Made by a program: the position numbers and the translations under genes. This document shows positions 40,180 to 49,629 of a stretch of DNA of 64,000 nt, piece by piece; the stretch's first letter is position 1, and every line of letters starts with the position of its first letter. The DNA is from Nitrospirae bacterium MYbinv3 (GTDB taxonomy: Bacteria > Nitrospirota > Thermodesulfovibrionia > Thermodesulfovibrionales > Magnetobacteriaceae): contig PEAB01000009.1 of NCBI GenBank assembly GCA_002753395.1, positions 5,127-69,126 of the forward strand, read 5' to 3'. The notes under the pieces were generated by a model that saw only the letters and a program-made list of their open reading frames with translations, did not search any database and was not told the DNA's origin.

Positions 40180-40584
40180 TTAAAGAATTGCATGTCCTAT
40201 CAGCACAGTTATAAACCACGCAAAGAACACAAGCTGTTTGGCGTGATATAGAGTGTCATCCCTACCCAGTCCCATTTTATTGGCCTTCTGGTACATCGTA
40301 AACCCTGCCACTGCCATAAATATCGTTAGTAACATGGCTATCTGCAAGACAATGTTTCTCTCCTCTGCACTGTGTCCATGTATCATCACTATAAACAGCC
40401 CAATAAAATTCAGATACATGTGCAGGCCAAGGTACTTGTTAAAAAACGCCTTTACCTCGCTAACGCCCTTGAAGAACGTCCGTGCGATCATCATTGCTGG
40501 ATAGTACACGTTTGCCACTATTAGTACAACTAACGCAATATAACCAGTTAATTCAACCCCAATCATATCCCCCAGAACCTCCAC
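40180..40584 (-). CDS. mad2: Membrane protein with His-bearing helices (probable Mad2)
   Basis: Four hydrophobic segments (LGLHMYLN, MIHG, YHAK, IGH); between mamB and mamA. Confidence 0.6.
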   Translation of the reverse strand: MEVLGDMIGVELTGYIALVVLIVANVYYPAMMIARTFFKGVSEVKAFFNKYLGLHMYLNFIGLFIVMIHGHSAEERNIVLQIAMLLTIFMAVAGFTMYQKANKMGLGRDDTLYHAKQLVFFAWFITVLIGHAIL

Positions 40585-41456
40585 TTATTAATAGGCTGAG
40601 CCTTGACAAACACCTCGTCGATCTCATCAATATTTTGCGTAATTACCTTTTTTATCTGTTCTGCTATGTGGTGGACGCTTAGGACTGTCTCCACGCTCGC
40701 TACATCTATGATTACATCAACGGCACACTTCTGCCCCATACACCTCGACCTTACGCTATTTACACCCTCAACACCCTGTATCTTCATACACAGTTCAACT
40801 ATGTGCGTTATGACCTCCTTGTCCATAGAGACGTCTATAAGGCCATTTACCCCCTTTAGGAACATCTCAACGCTGATGTGAAAGACAAACAGGGAAACCA
40901 CACCTGCCGCTATCGTATCGGCCTGTGCGTAACCAATCTTGGTCCCTATCAATCCCAGGAGAACTGCTATCGAGGTCAGGCTGTCTGCCTTGCTCTCTGC
41001 AGCATCGGCTAACAGCGCAGGGCTGTTGAGTTGTATGGCGGCACACGTGTTTGACGTATACATTAGATAGCTAAATATCAGCGCTAGTATAGTAGCTGCT
41101 ATTGCAGCGTTTTCCGGTACCACGCGAGCCCCGCTTTTAAAGCTGTGCAGGGCATCTATAAATATCATTGTTGCACATATAAATATAAAGATACTTGCCG
41201 ATATGGTGCTGATATACTCTATCTTACCATGTCCAAAGGGGTGCCCCTTGTCCTTTGGCTTGGACGAGATTTTTAAGGCAATGAGGACAAACAGGGACGA
41301 TATAGCGTCGGCCACCGAGTGTATTCCATCGGCCACAAGCCCTTTACTGCCGGTTAACATCCCCACGGTAAATTTAAAGATTGATATGGTTACGTTACCA
41401 ACAAAACTCAGACGCGGCGACCATCTACCGCACATCTCACACTCAGAATACTTCAT
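40563..41456 (-). CDS. mamB: CDF transporter MamB
   Basis: MKYSECEMC, ADGIHSVAD, KPKDKGHPFGHGKIEY, ESKADS. Confidence 0.9.
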   Translation of the reverse strand: MKYSECEMCGRWSPRLSFVGNVTISIFKFTVGMLTGSKGLVADGIHSVADAISSLFVLIALKISSKPKDKGHPFGHGKIEYISTISASIFIFICATMIFIDALHSFKSGARVVPENAAIAATILALIFSYLMYTSNTCAAIQLNSPALLADAAESKADSLTSIAVLLGLIGTKIGYAQADTIAAGVVSLFVFHISVEMFLKGVNGLIDVSMDKEVITHIVELCMKIQGVEGVNSVRSRCMGQKCAVDVIIDVASVETVLSVHHIAEQIKKVITQNIDEIDEVFVKAQPINKWRFWGI

Positions 41457-41496
41457 AAACTATACCCTTAGCTCCTCCTTATCAATTCAGTCTCTG

Positions 41497-42084
41497 TCAT
41501 TTTATCAACTGTAAAAACGCCGGAGCCATATTTGCCCCATGCACTGTCTCGAAAAAATCCTCTTCCCTGAAGCCTGACAGATGGGCAAACAGGTTAAACG
41601 GAAACATCCGGCAAAACACGTTGTATTCAAACAGTAACTTGTTGTAGTTATGCAGCTCTCTACTTACCCGCATCCCTGCCTCCTGCATAGTCTCCATCAG
41701 AAACATGTAAGGCCCCTTTGCCCTTATCTTGGGATAGGACTCGGCTATAAGGTCGATATCCCTCATCAAACTTATAATGTCATCCTCTACCTGGCTCCTG
41801 ACCTTATTGGATGCACCTTCTTGTATCATAGCGTTAAGCGTAATCAAATGTTCAAACAACTGTCCTTCTATTTCTACGTATCGCTTTGCCACTGCAATGT
41901 TACCGTATACAATGTCATACCTGCGCTGCCTCTCAGCCTCTACCCTGCTGCTGGCTATGTGTACAAAGTGCTGCTTGTCTATAAGCCTGTTGTAGACCAA
42001 GTCCCTTTCCGCTACCATAAGTAAGACAAACACTATTGGTACAACAAAGATAAGGAACCTTTTTTTACCTAATCGCCAACGCAT
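41497..42084 (-). CDS. mamQ: LemA-family protein MamQ (copy II)
   Basis: ERQRRYD, IAESYPKI, YNVFCRMFPFNLFA. Confidence 0.8.
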   Translation of the reverse strand: MRWRLGKKRFLIFVVPIVFVLLMVAERDLVYNRLIDKQHFVHIASSRVEAERQRRYDIVYGNIAVAKRYVEIEGQLFEHLITLNAMIQEGASNKVRSQVEDDIISLMRDIDLIAESYPKIRAKGPYMFLMETMQEAGMRVSRELHNYNKLLFEYNVFCRMFPFNLFAHLSGFREEDFFETVHGANMAPAFLQLIK

Positions 42085-42746
42085 ACATCCAACGACACAG
42101 GGTCATGCCACGTACTGAAGTACTTCCGTGCCTGATTACCTAGCTTCATAGTTGATACTATGTTGATCGATGCCCCTAGTGGCACCCCAACAAGGGGCAG
42201 GAACTTAAACGTGCTCCTTATAAGCCTTGGGATCAACGCCTCTGCTACACCCTCTGTGGCCTTTGCAATACCTATCTTGAGATAGTTTTCGGCCAATTCG
42301 TCAATCAGCTTTCTGGTCACCCCGGCCGCTATGCCCTTTACGCACTGTGTTGAGCCTGAAAACCCAAGGATCGCAAGCGTTATCGCACGCAGTTCGTCCT
42401 CGTTGACATTGACCTCATAGGCTACGGATATGGCATAACAAAGCTCCACCTGTATCCTCAACAGGATAGCGATGTCTGCCGTTGTCGCCAGAACAATGGA
42501 GGCGATTGTCCCCAACCCTGGCACCGTGGCAAACACACCCGACACACCGCCTACAGTTCCTGCCTTTAAGGCGCTGTTACGTATCAGCTTGCTCGATACC
42601 TTGTAGGCTACGATCTTCTTCGGTACGCCTTCATATTCGCACTCCAGATCCTTCATAGTGTTCTGGATCTCGCCCTTCATATCCAACAGATTAGTGCCAG
42701 TTATTATCAACAGCTTCTCAAACCAATCAAACTCTTTCTCTTTCAT
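42069..42746 (-). CDS. EcsC-like protein (probable Mad31 by position)
   Basis: G.VGG...VPGLGT...ADIAILLRIQVELCYAI..AY motif; start moved to ATG 42746 because the upstream extension is repeat D. Confidence 0.65.
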   Translation of the reverse strand: MKEKEFDWFEKLLIITGTNLLDMKGEIQNTMKDLECEYEGVPKKIVAYKVSSKLIRNSALKAGTVGGVSGVFATVPGLGTIASIVLATTADIAILLRIQVELCYAISVAYEVNVNEDELRAITLAILGFSGSTQCVKGIAAGVTRKLIDELAENYLKIGIAKATEGVAEALIPRLIRSTFKFLPLVGVPLGASINIVSTMKLGNQARKYFSTWHDPVSLDVCVGD

Positions 42747-42770
42747 ATCTTTACTGCCTGGGCAGTTGAA

Positions 42771-42878
42771 TGTCTGAATTAGGATTACACGGATGAAAGG
42801 TTGTACAGGTGAAAGATACAAAGCTGTCTTTAACATAATCCTGGCAATCCCTTAATCCGTTAAATCGTGGTTCAACCA
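42771..42878. repeat. Family D element, empty form
   Basis: Same two arms as 7241-7489 without the C insertion. Confidence 0.8.
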
Positions 42879-42923
42879 TCTTTATTGTAAATATGTTATA
42901 AATACTTATCATCTCCAAACCGC

Positions 42924-43832
42924 TTATATGGTATATGGTTCTATAGAGAGGTTAATACCGGCAACATTGCCGACCTTCTTTTGTATGGTTTCTTCGACCT
43001 GGAGGCCAACTTTGTAGCCATCCTCATAGCTTAGGTCTTGTTTGACTTTTATAACCATGCTCACCCACACACCTTTACCGATCTTTCTTGCTATGACCTG
43101 TGTTACCCGTTCTACTCCTGGGACGAGCTTTGCTAGATCCTCCATGTGATCAATGGTACGTTGATTGATATTAGAGTCCATGACGCCATCTAGGGCGTCC
43201 TTGAGCATGACTACGCTTAACCTGACCAGGTCGATCGTCTCGATGACAGCCACGAGGGGGTCAAGAAAATACAATCCATAATGGGTGCCCAATATAGCCC
43301 CTGCAACCATGGCAGAGGAAATGGCATCTGAGTGATTGTGCGTTGCGTTGGCCAGCATCGATAGTGACCCCCTCTTGTGTCCAACGCACGAGAGATACGA
43401 CGCTATCTTGTAGTTTGCCACCACCGATATCAATGCCGCCCAGAACGCTATAAACTTCGGCTGTTCTATATCACCCTGGAAGGCAAGCCACACAGACTTT
43501 ATAGAGTGGATAAACAGAAACAGTGTTCCGATTATGATCAATACGCTAATGAGCAGTATGGCCACAAACTCTATCTTTTCGTGTCCGTAGGGGTGGTTGT
43601 CATCCGGTGGCTTTCCTGATACTATCACCACAACATAGACCACCAGCGAAGTCATAAAATCCTTCAATGAATACAAGGCATCAACGAGTATTGACTGACT
43701 GCCGCTAAATATTCCAATTACGGCTTTAAACAGCGCTAGCAGAAGGTTTGCAACAACAGCCACCAAGGTTGCCTTGCCTTCGCACTTATAGCACTCTTTG
43801 TAGACTATATGATCGTGTGGCAGTTTGTGCAT
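42924..43832 (-). CDS. mamM: CDF transporter MamM
   Basis: DALYSLKD, HPYGHEKIEF, HNHSDA, DPLVAVIETIDL are MamM-type motifs. Confidence 0.92.
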   Translation of the reverse strand: MHKLPHDHIVYKECYKCEGKATLVAVVANLLLALFKAVIGIFSGSQSILVDALYSLKDFMTSLVVYVVVIVSGKPPDDNHPYGHEKIEFVAILLISVLIIIGTLFLFIHSIKSVWLAFQGDIEQPKFIAFWAALISVVANYKIASYLSCVGHKRGSLSMLANATHNHSDAISSAMVAGAILGTHYGLYFLDPLVAVIETIDLVRLSVVMLKDALDGVMDSNINQRTIDHMEDLAKLVPGVERVTQVIARKIGKGVWVSMVIKVKQDLSYEDGYKVGLQVEETIQKKVGNVAGINLSIEPYTI

Positions 43833-44934
43833 TTACCTCTATCTCCGTGTGGTGGTTGTGCCCCCCACTTTATTGGTGGAGGTGTTGTTATCAACACATC
43901 GCCGGCATCCTTTGCCAATTGACCGGGATTCCTGGGTGTCTTTGATATTACATGACACCTGTCGCATGGACCGTAGTAGCCGTGTGGTCTTGTGGCGGTT
44001 GAGAGGATCATTGGCGCACCCTCCATCTGTGCCACGCCCAGGGCGTTGTTAGTTATGACTCGCACGTCTCTATTTTTACCGCCCCTGTATACGGATACGT
44101 TGGTCTGGTTTATCATTGCAACCTGCCTGGTTGATTTCTCAAATGTCTTTAGGTCCCTGACCTTCAGACCATTGATTGCGGTTATCACATCTCCCGCCAT
44201 AACGCCGGAGTCAGCTGCTGTTAGCGTAACCTCATCCACCAGCACGCCGGAGACGTTATCGGGTATACCGTTTGCCGCAGCCAGTTGAGGTGTCAGGGGG
44301 ACTACCTCTAGGCCTATCCAGTGTCCCTCTTGCAGGATCTTCTCTGTTGTCGTACCTGTGAGGTTGTTGGCAAGGTCGTTAGTCGCTGCGTCAGGGGTTC
44401 CAGGGAACTGTGCCTTTATAGGTGTATTGTTTGCTTGTACGTTGTTTGGCAGATCGGTTCGGGTGTCACCGCTTGATGGCGGCTGTTGTGCCAACGGATC
44501 TTGGGTGCCGTTGAGCGGGTCAGTGTATGGAGTTACAGCCTGCGGATTGTTAGCGTCCGGCTGAATCTGTTCCTGCTGGAGTTGATCAGGCTGAATTTGG
44601 GCATTTACCAGTTGATGCTTATTGGCCTGTCTCCAATTAAAAAGCCGCTTACCGGCAACCAGGATGACATCGGTAAGGCTCCCCTTGGGGGTGGATTTAT
44701 CCAGTTGTGCTTATTGGCCTGTCTCCAATTAAAAAGCCGCTTACCGGCAACCAGGATGACATCGGTAAGGCTCCCCTTGGGGGTGGATTTATCCAGTTGT
44801 CTTTCTCTTTTCTCCATATCCTTTATACCAAGCAAATCACGAACCGGCTCAGGTGGATGCAGATAGAAAAGAAACACGATGGCCAGCACCAGCCCAACGA
44901 TTATGTACTTTACTGCTCTAAAAAAGCCCTTCAT
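43805..44934 (-). pseudogene. mamP: mamP (TM, PDZ, two magnetochromes) frameshifted as assembled by a 92-bp duplication
   Basis: 3-prime part has GHWIGLEV PDZ, CDRCH and CTNCH; removing one 92-bp unit gives a single 1038-nt ORF (345 aa). Confidence 0.9.
44616..44799. repeat. Exact 2 x 92-bp tandem duplication
   Basis: 44616-44707 is identical to 44708-44799. Confidence 0.97.
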
Positions 44935-44976
44935 CGTAATATACCTTTCATCCTTGTCTTGCTGACATCCTTGTCT

Positions 44977-45129
44977 TCATGCTTCGCTTACGGCCAGCAG
45001 ACAGTCCAGCTTCTCTATTGCCTTATCCTTTATCTTGTCTATCAAGTCGGGGTTACTCCTGTATAGGATCTCGTAGGTCAACGCGCTAACAAATACGCCC
45101 AAAAATACACCTATCATAATCTTTGACAT
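44977..45129 (-). CDS. 50-aa membrane protein missing from the ORF track (probable Man3 by position)
   Basis: Hand translation MSKIMIGVFLGVFVSALTYEILYRSNPDLIDKIKDKAIEKLDCLLAVSEA; fills the gap between mad10 and mamP. Confidence 0.75.
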   Translation of the reverse strand: MSKIMIGVFLGVFVSALTYEILYRSNPDLIDKIKDKAIEKLDCLLAVSEA

Positions 45130-45136
45130 AAATTAT

Positions 45137-45736
45137 CTATACTCCTTCGTTTTGTGTGTAATCGTCTTGTGCTTGATCGTCGTTCTTGTCGCCGGCTACA
45201 ATGCTACCAATCACCGGTTCACTGATGATGTCCCCGGCCGAGGCATCAGCCGACTCAGTGATGACGTCCTCGGCTGCTGTTTCAAACGGCTCGCTGATGA
45301 CTATAGGTTCACTGACGACTTCAACAGCTAGAGTAACGTCAACGGCACCCTTCAACTCATCTGTTGAGTGTACGTAGGGGGAGGTCTGATCAACACCCGC
45401 TTCTTCGCCGCTGCAGGCCGATGTTGATGGATAGAGCCGCTGATTTCTATCTTTTAAGAGCGCCTCTGTCCTGCCTGCGACATCGTCAAATTCCTCAAAC
45501 AACCTAGTAAGCTCCTCATCTCTGGATACAAACACTCCGTGATCCAGGTTCCTACACTCAGTAAGCCGCTTCCCTAACCTCAGCAAGATATCGTTCTTCT
45601 TGCCGCGCAGGTCGCGTATGTCATACGTAAGTATAACCCCCTTTGCAGAGGCCTTTGCGGCATCGCTCACTTTATCTATCAAATCAACCATGTAATCACC
45701 CATGTGTAAAATCTTGTACCTTAAGCCCTTCTCCAT
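45137..45736 (-). CDS. mad10: Mad10-like magnetosome protein with acidic tail
   Basis: GVILTYDIRDLRGKK...LGKRL...DEELTRLF helical core as recalled for Mad10; D/E-rich C-terminus. Confidence 0.6.
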   Translation of the reverse strand: MEKGLRYKILHMGDYMVDLIDKVSDAAKASAKGVILTYDIRDLRGKKNDILLRLGKRLTECRNLDHGVFVSRDEELTRLFEEFDDVAGRTEALLKDRNQRLYPSTSACSGEEAGVDQTSPYVHSTDELKGAVDVTLAVEVVSEPIVISEPFETAAEDVITESADASAGDIISEPVIGSIVAGDKNDDQAQDDYTQNEGV

Positions 45737-45760
45737 TTAACCCTCCTATATGATATACGT

Positions 45761-46000
45761 TTAATGTTTTTTCAAGCTCAATCTTTTCTTCAAGACCTTG
45801 TTTCTGACACTATTAAAACTTAGTATCGACAGAGCGGTCAAAATAACCCCTATAAATATACTGATAATAATGATCAAACTCAGGTTAAAGTGAAAAGGGT
45901 TTCCCACGAAAAACTTCACCGGCACCTGCACATAGTTCTGATCCAGAAATACAGATATCAAAAAAAGAACTATCCCTGTTATAAGCAAATTTTTTAGCAA
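45761..46000 (-). CDS. Small LapA-like membrane protein (probable Man2 by position)
   Basis: QN...V.V.FF, two TM helices, basic C-terminus; ORF uses a TTG start. Confidence 0.6.
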   Translation of the reverse strand: MLKNLLITGIVLFLISVFLDQNYVQVPVKFFVGNPFHFNLSLIIIISIFIGVILTALSILSFNSVRNKVLKKRLSLKKH

Positions 46001-46045
46001 AACCGTTTACCCCTTACCGTCAGATATCTCTCTTCGTAATCATGG

Positions 46046-47107
46046 TTACTTCCCGCGTATCTCATCCCAGTACTCATCGGGCATGTCCTTACACAACATC
46101 ATTGCCCCGTTGGCCCCGGCAAACAGTGGTTCCTCTATCTTTATAACCTTTCCGTAGCCGAGTGTATTCCTCATGTAATCCTCTATCTCCTTGCGTAACC
46201 CTATTATCTGGCTGCCGCCGCCGGCAAGGAGGACGTTTTCCTTGAGGTTGTTCTGAAACTCAGGGTCAAATTCGGCTATAAGCGTTCGTATGCCCTCTAC
46301 TATGTCAGGGACTATAATCCTGCAGGCCTGTCGCAGCTCATCGGTCACGTCACGTTTTTCTGGCTTACCTCGAACAGGTACCTCTATAAACACCCTCTCC
46401 CCCTGCGCGGAGATGAAAGCGTTTTCTTCCTTAAATTTCTTAACCATACTGATTGTCAGATTGATGTCCTTGTATTTCTTTATAATCAGGTCGTAAAAAA
46501 CCTGGTCCACGTAATCCCCTGCCTTAAAGGTGGTTATCTGGTCCTCTTCCGAAGGTATCGTGCCGTGCATCCTGCACAGGTCAACCGTACCGGCGCCTAT
46601 GTCGATTATCAGAGCGTTTGAAAGCAGGTTCAACCCATATGCCACAGTAAAAGGTTCCGACGCTATCATTACACCATCGAGGATGCCTCGTGCCACATCA
46701 AGGAGGGCCTTCCTGTTCTTCCTGCTTGCAAGGGCTGGGGCCCCAATAACACCCCTTACGTTGAAATCAACCCCGCTTTCCTGTTCACCCTCCTTGGGAC
46801 AATCAACGAGGTGCTGAAGCAGCGCTTTTGCGACATAGAGAGCGTTCTTATACTCCTTTGATTCCACATCTATATCGGCATACTTGATCATACCCTTCTC
46901 AAAGGGCCTGAAGAGGTTTAACGCCATCCTGTGCTTGATAGCCTCATCGCCAAAAATAACGTCTCTGCCAAACATCTTCCGAGATACAGCATCCTTTGGA
47001 AAACCCACATAACTTGGCACAAATGTCCGGACCCCGTTATCGCATGCTATAACACTCCTTGATGTCCCAAGGTCTATTCCAATATTAAGTACCTTCGCTC
47101 TTGTCAT
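46046..47107 (-). CDS. mamK: Actin-like MamK
   Basis: IGIDLGTSRS, SEPFTVAYG, IDIGAGTVDLCRMHG, LLAGGGSQI, AGANGA. Confidence 0.95.
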   Translation of the reverse strand: MTRAKVLNIGIDLGTSRSVIACDNGVRTFVPSYVGFPKDAVSRKMFGRDVIFGDEAIKHRMALNLFRPFEKGMIKYADIDVESKEYKNALYVAKALLQHLVDCPKEGEQESGVDFNVRGVIGAPALASRKNRKALLDVARGILDGVMIASEPFTVAYGLNLLSNALIIDIGAGTVDLCRMHGTIPSEEDQITTFKAGDYVDQVFYDLIIKKYKDINLTISMVKKFKEENAFISAQGERVFIEVPVRGKPEKRDVTDELRQACRIIVPDIVEGIRTLIAEFDPEFQNNLKENVLLAGGGSQIIGLRKEIEDYMRNTLGYGKVIKIEEPLFAGANGAMMLCKDMPDEYWDEIRGK

Positions 47108-47165
47108 TATAACTATTCTCCGTTATGTATTAAGATAGACACAATTCAATTATAGCATAGCAAAA

Positions 47166-47612
47166 TTATGTCTCTTCTCTCAACATAATATTATCCTGCA
47201 GGACCCCTCTTAGTAGGGCCTTTTTATATTCGTCAACCTCTTTCTTGATAATCGTCATTGTGTCGTTTGAGACCACAATGCCGTGTTTTTCTATATTAGC
47301 GAGCCGTTCCTCTATCCTTCGTACCCTCTCCTCTATGACCTCCATCTTTTTATCCCGCTCAACATCTATATTCTTAAAAAAAGTCCTAAACTTCTTTAAC
47401 CATTGACCTACATAGCCAACAGGGGTAGCAACATATTTTAACGACTGACCAATAGGCGCGGTAACATAACCTAGCGAAGGCGCTATTAAATCCATCCCGC
47501 GCCTCATATAACTGTATGACAATAAACCAGTGTACTGAACCGAGGCGACGGAATATAGCCACGTCTCGTTCAACACTTCTTTGCCAGATGATATAATATC
47601 CTTATGGGTCAT
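47166..47612 (-). CDS. Magnetosome-cluster protein (probable Man1 by position)
   Basis: Directly upstream of mamK; C-terminal coiled coil. Confidence 0.55.
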   Translation of the reverse strand: MTHKDIISSGKEVLNETWLYSVASVQYTGLLSYSYMRRGMDLIAPSLGYVTAPIGQSLKYVATPVGYVGQWLKKFRTFFKNIDVERDKKMEVIEERVRRIEERLANIEKHGIVVSNDTMTIIKKEVDEYKKALLRGVLQDNIMLREET

Positions 47613-47707
47613 TTATATCTTACCTCCAAAAATTATCTATCGCTGCATTAAATCACAAAGACATTACAATCGTGTTACCTTACTATTAAAGACAGCATAA
47701 TATAGTA

Positions 47708-47778
47708 TTATAAGAGGGATTTATTCATTTATAAGAGGGATTTATTCATTTATAAGAGGGATTTATTCATTTATAAGA
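47708..47778. repeat. 21-bp tandem repeat, 3 exact copies plus 8 bp
   Basis: TTATAAGAGGGATTTATTCAT at 47708, 47729, 47750. Confidence 0.97.
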
Positions 47779-48033
47779 AGACGGTTTAGTGAAAACAAGT
47801 TATACACCATTTGTCCGTTAAATACGCCTCTTTATCATCTATTTATTTTGTACTAATCGCCTCCTTAAATAAGCAGCTCCTTGCTCCGCTTCGATTACCC
47901 ATCCCTATGTCATTTGCTGTTGTCGCAACTAAAAGAAGTATAACACAGTAAGGCATAAATGTCAAGTATTTTTTTCGGTGGGTGCATAAGGAAGTCGTGA
48001 GGTTTTGGTGTAGAATGGAGGGCTTAGCCATGG

Positions 48034-48200
48034 TAACTATGCTTTTACGCTTTCTGGATTCCTGTTTACCCCTGTTCAAGCCAGGGGCAGGCTGTGGAAT
48101 GACATATTTGGAAAACACTCATTACTGTCATTTCCACAAAAGTGGGGATCCATAGTCTTGAAACCATGAACATTTTTACCCTGCTTTTTAAAGAGGATAC
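48034..48200. repeat. Family C variant with extra hairpin in one palindrome
   Basis: Reverse complement resembles 24561-24695; CCCCTG-TTCAAGC-CAGGGG insert. Confidence 0.7.
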
Positions 48201-48202
48201 CT

Positions 48203-49105
48203 TTAACCAGTGCAGAGTTTCAGGGCGAGCTGTTTGATCTCTCTGGAAAAGGCGGAGACTGCATTGTAAGTTACCAGGGGGGTAGATTTCGCAAGTGATC
48301 TTCTTATTTCAGTGTCTTCCGATATAGACATGAGGACATCGCAGTTGATATCGAGAAACCTGCGTGCGATCCCCTTTATGGCATTACCAACGGTTTTTGA
48401 CTCTTGGAGGTTGTGAACCCTGTTTAGCACCAGAAGTGGGTTGTAGTTGGCAATAAACGCCCGTGCTGACTCTGTTACTTGAGCGTTTATTTCCCTGGCT
48501 TGATTAAAGAGGTCGTCGACGGTTGCTATTTGAGGGTGATTTTCAAAATCCATCGCATCCTCAATGAATTTGACAAGCTCGGATGTTCCTTTCGCCTTGA
48601 AATAGAATAGGAGTTTCTTGTATATCGACGTCTTAATGAAGCTGTATATCTTTATTAACGAGTTAACTTCCGGTGTCGTTATGAGGATCCCCTTGTTGGC
48701 AAAGAACAAAAAATCTACAACACTGTTCGATGAGCCAGCCGCAAGGTCAAGCAGTATGATCTCGGCATTGAGCCTCAGTACCTCTCTGACCAGTCTCATT
48801 TCTTGATGCTCGGACATATTGCTTATACCAGGGATGTTTGATACCCCACATACGACCTTTAGGTTCCTGATACTGGTATCAATTAGTATCGACGATAGAT
48901 TTGGTACCTTCTTTAGTATGAAGTCGTCCAAGTTTACGGTGTCCTTGATACCAAAAAAGGTATGCAGGTTGGCCCCGCCAAGGTCAAGGTCAACAGCTAT
49001 GACCTTTTTGTTTAACATTGCCAGGGCAGCAGCCAGGTTTGCCGATATCGTACTCTTTCCAACACCCCCCTTAGGACCAGCTATGGCTATGACCTGTTTG
49101 TCCAT
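48203..49105 (-). CDS. MinD/ParA/FlhG-family ATPase
   Basis: Deviant Walker A GPKGGVGKS, VDLDLGGANLH, LLDLAAG, ITTPE. Confidence 0.9.
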   Translation of the reverse strand: MDKQVIAIAGPKGGVGKSTISANLAAALAMLNKKVIAVDLDLGGANLHTFFGIKDTVNLDDFILKKVPNLSSILIDTSIRNLKVVCGVSNIPGISNMSEHQEMRLVREVLRLNAEIILLDLAAGSSNSVVDFLFFANKGILITTPEVNSLIKIYSFIKTSIYKKLLFYFKAKGTSELVKFIEDAMDFENHPQIATVDDLFNQAREINAQVTESARAFIANYNPLLVLNRVHNLQESKTVGNAIKGIARRFLDINCDVLMSISEDTEIRRSLAKSTPLVTYNAVSAFSREIKQLALKLCTG

Positions 49106-49139
49106 TTATAGAACAATCTCCTCTCTATCATTGATGTGA

Positions 49140-49619
49140 TTATTTTAGGTTGAGAAACCCGCGCAGGTTATTTAAAAGCGTATCGTCATCTTTGGGTGGG
49201 GGAGGAGATTGCGAATTTCCAGAATCTTTTGAATCCAAAAGACCTTTTACCTTTGAAACGATGAGATCTGGATCAATGGGGAAGGGATTACAAAAATCTA
49301 TGCTTGCGCACTGCACATCAAAGTCCACATTGTCGTTGGAATCCATCAGGACGATTACATGCATCTGTGCAAACACATCTGAGGCGGCCTGCTTAAATGC
49401 CTTTAGTTCAGCATGTGTATAGCTGTAAGCGTCAATGATTACAATCCTGGATATGACAGGGGGAGTTAAACCATCGCTTTTATCACAATATATAGAAAGC
49501 CTATAATTCATAGGCCTGTTATCGGATAAGACAGCAGATACACTCCCCTGTTGCAATGCGTGAAGTATAACCTTTGCTCTAATAGCATTGGCAGAGAATA
49601 TACATACGCTTTCAGGCAT
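49140..49619 (-). CDS. Hypothetical protein with degenerate receiver-like fold
   Basis: IVIIDA and NPFPIDPDLIVSKVKGLL resemble the receiver beta3 and beta5-alpha5 segments; acidic pocket and Lys not conserved. Confidence 0.5.
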   Translation of the reverse strand: MPESVCIFSANAIRAKVILHALQQGSVSAVLSDNRPMNYRLSIYCDKSDGLTPPVISRIVIIDAYSYTHAELKAFKQAASDVFAQMHVIVLMDSNDNVDFDVQCASIDFCNPFPIDPDLIVSKVKGLLDSKDSGNSQSPPPPKDDDTLLNNLRGFLNLK

Positions 49620-49629
49620 TACAGGTCTA

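Noticed and set aside
47708-47778. CRISPR array
   Set aside because: Units are head to tail with no spacers and no cas genes are present. The dispersed A-F repeats are not regularly spaced either.
47613-48202. Fur box controlling the magnetosome operon
   Set aside because: No convincing match to GATAATGATAATCATTATC was seen.
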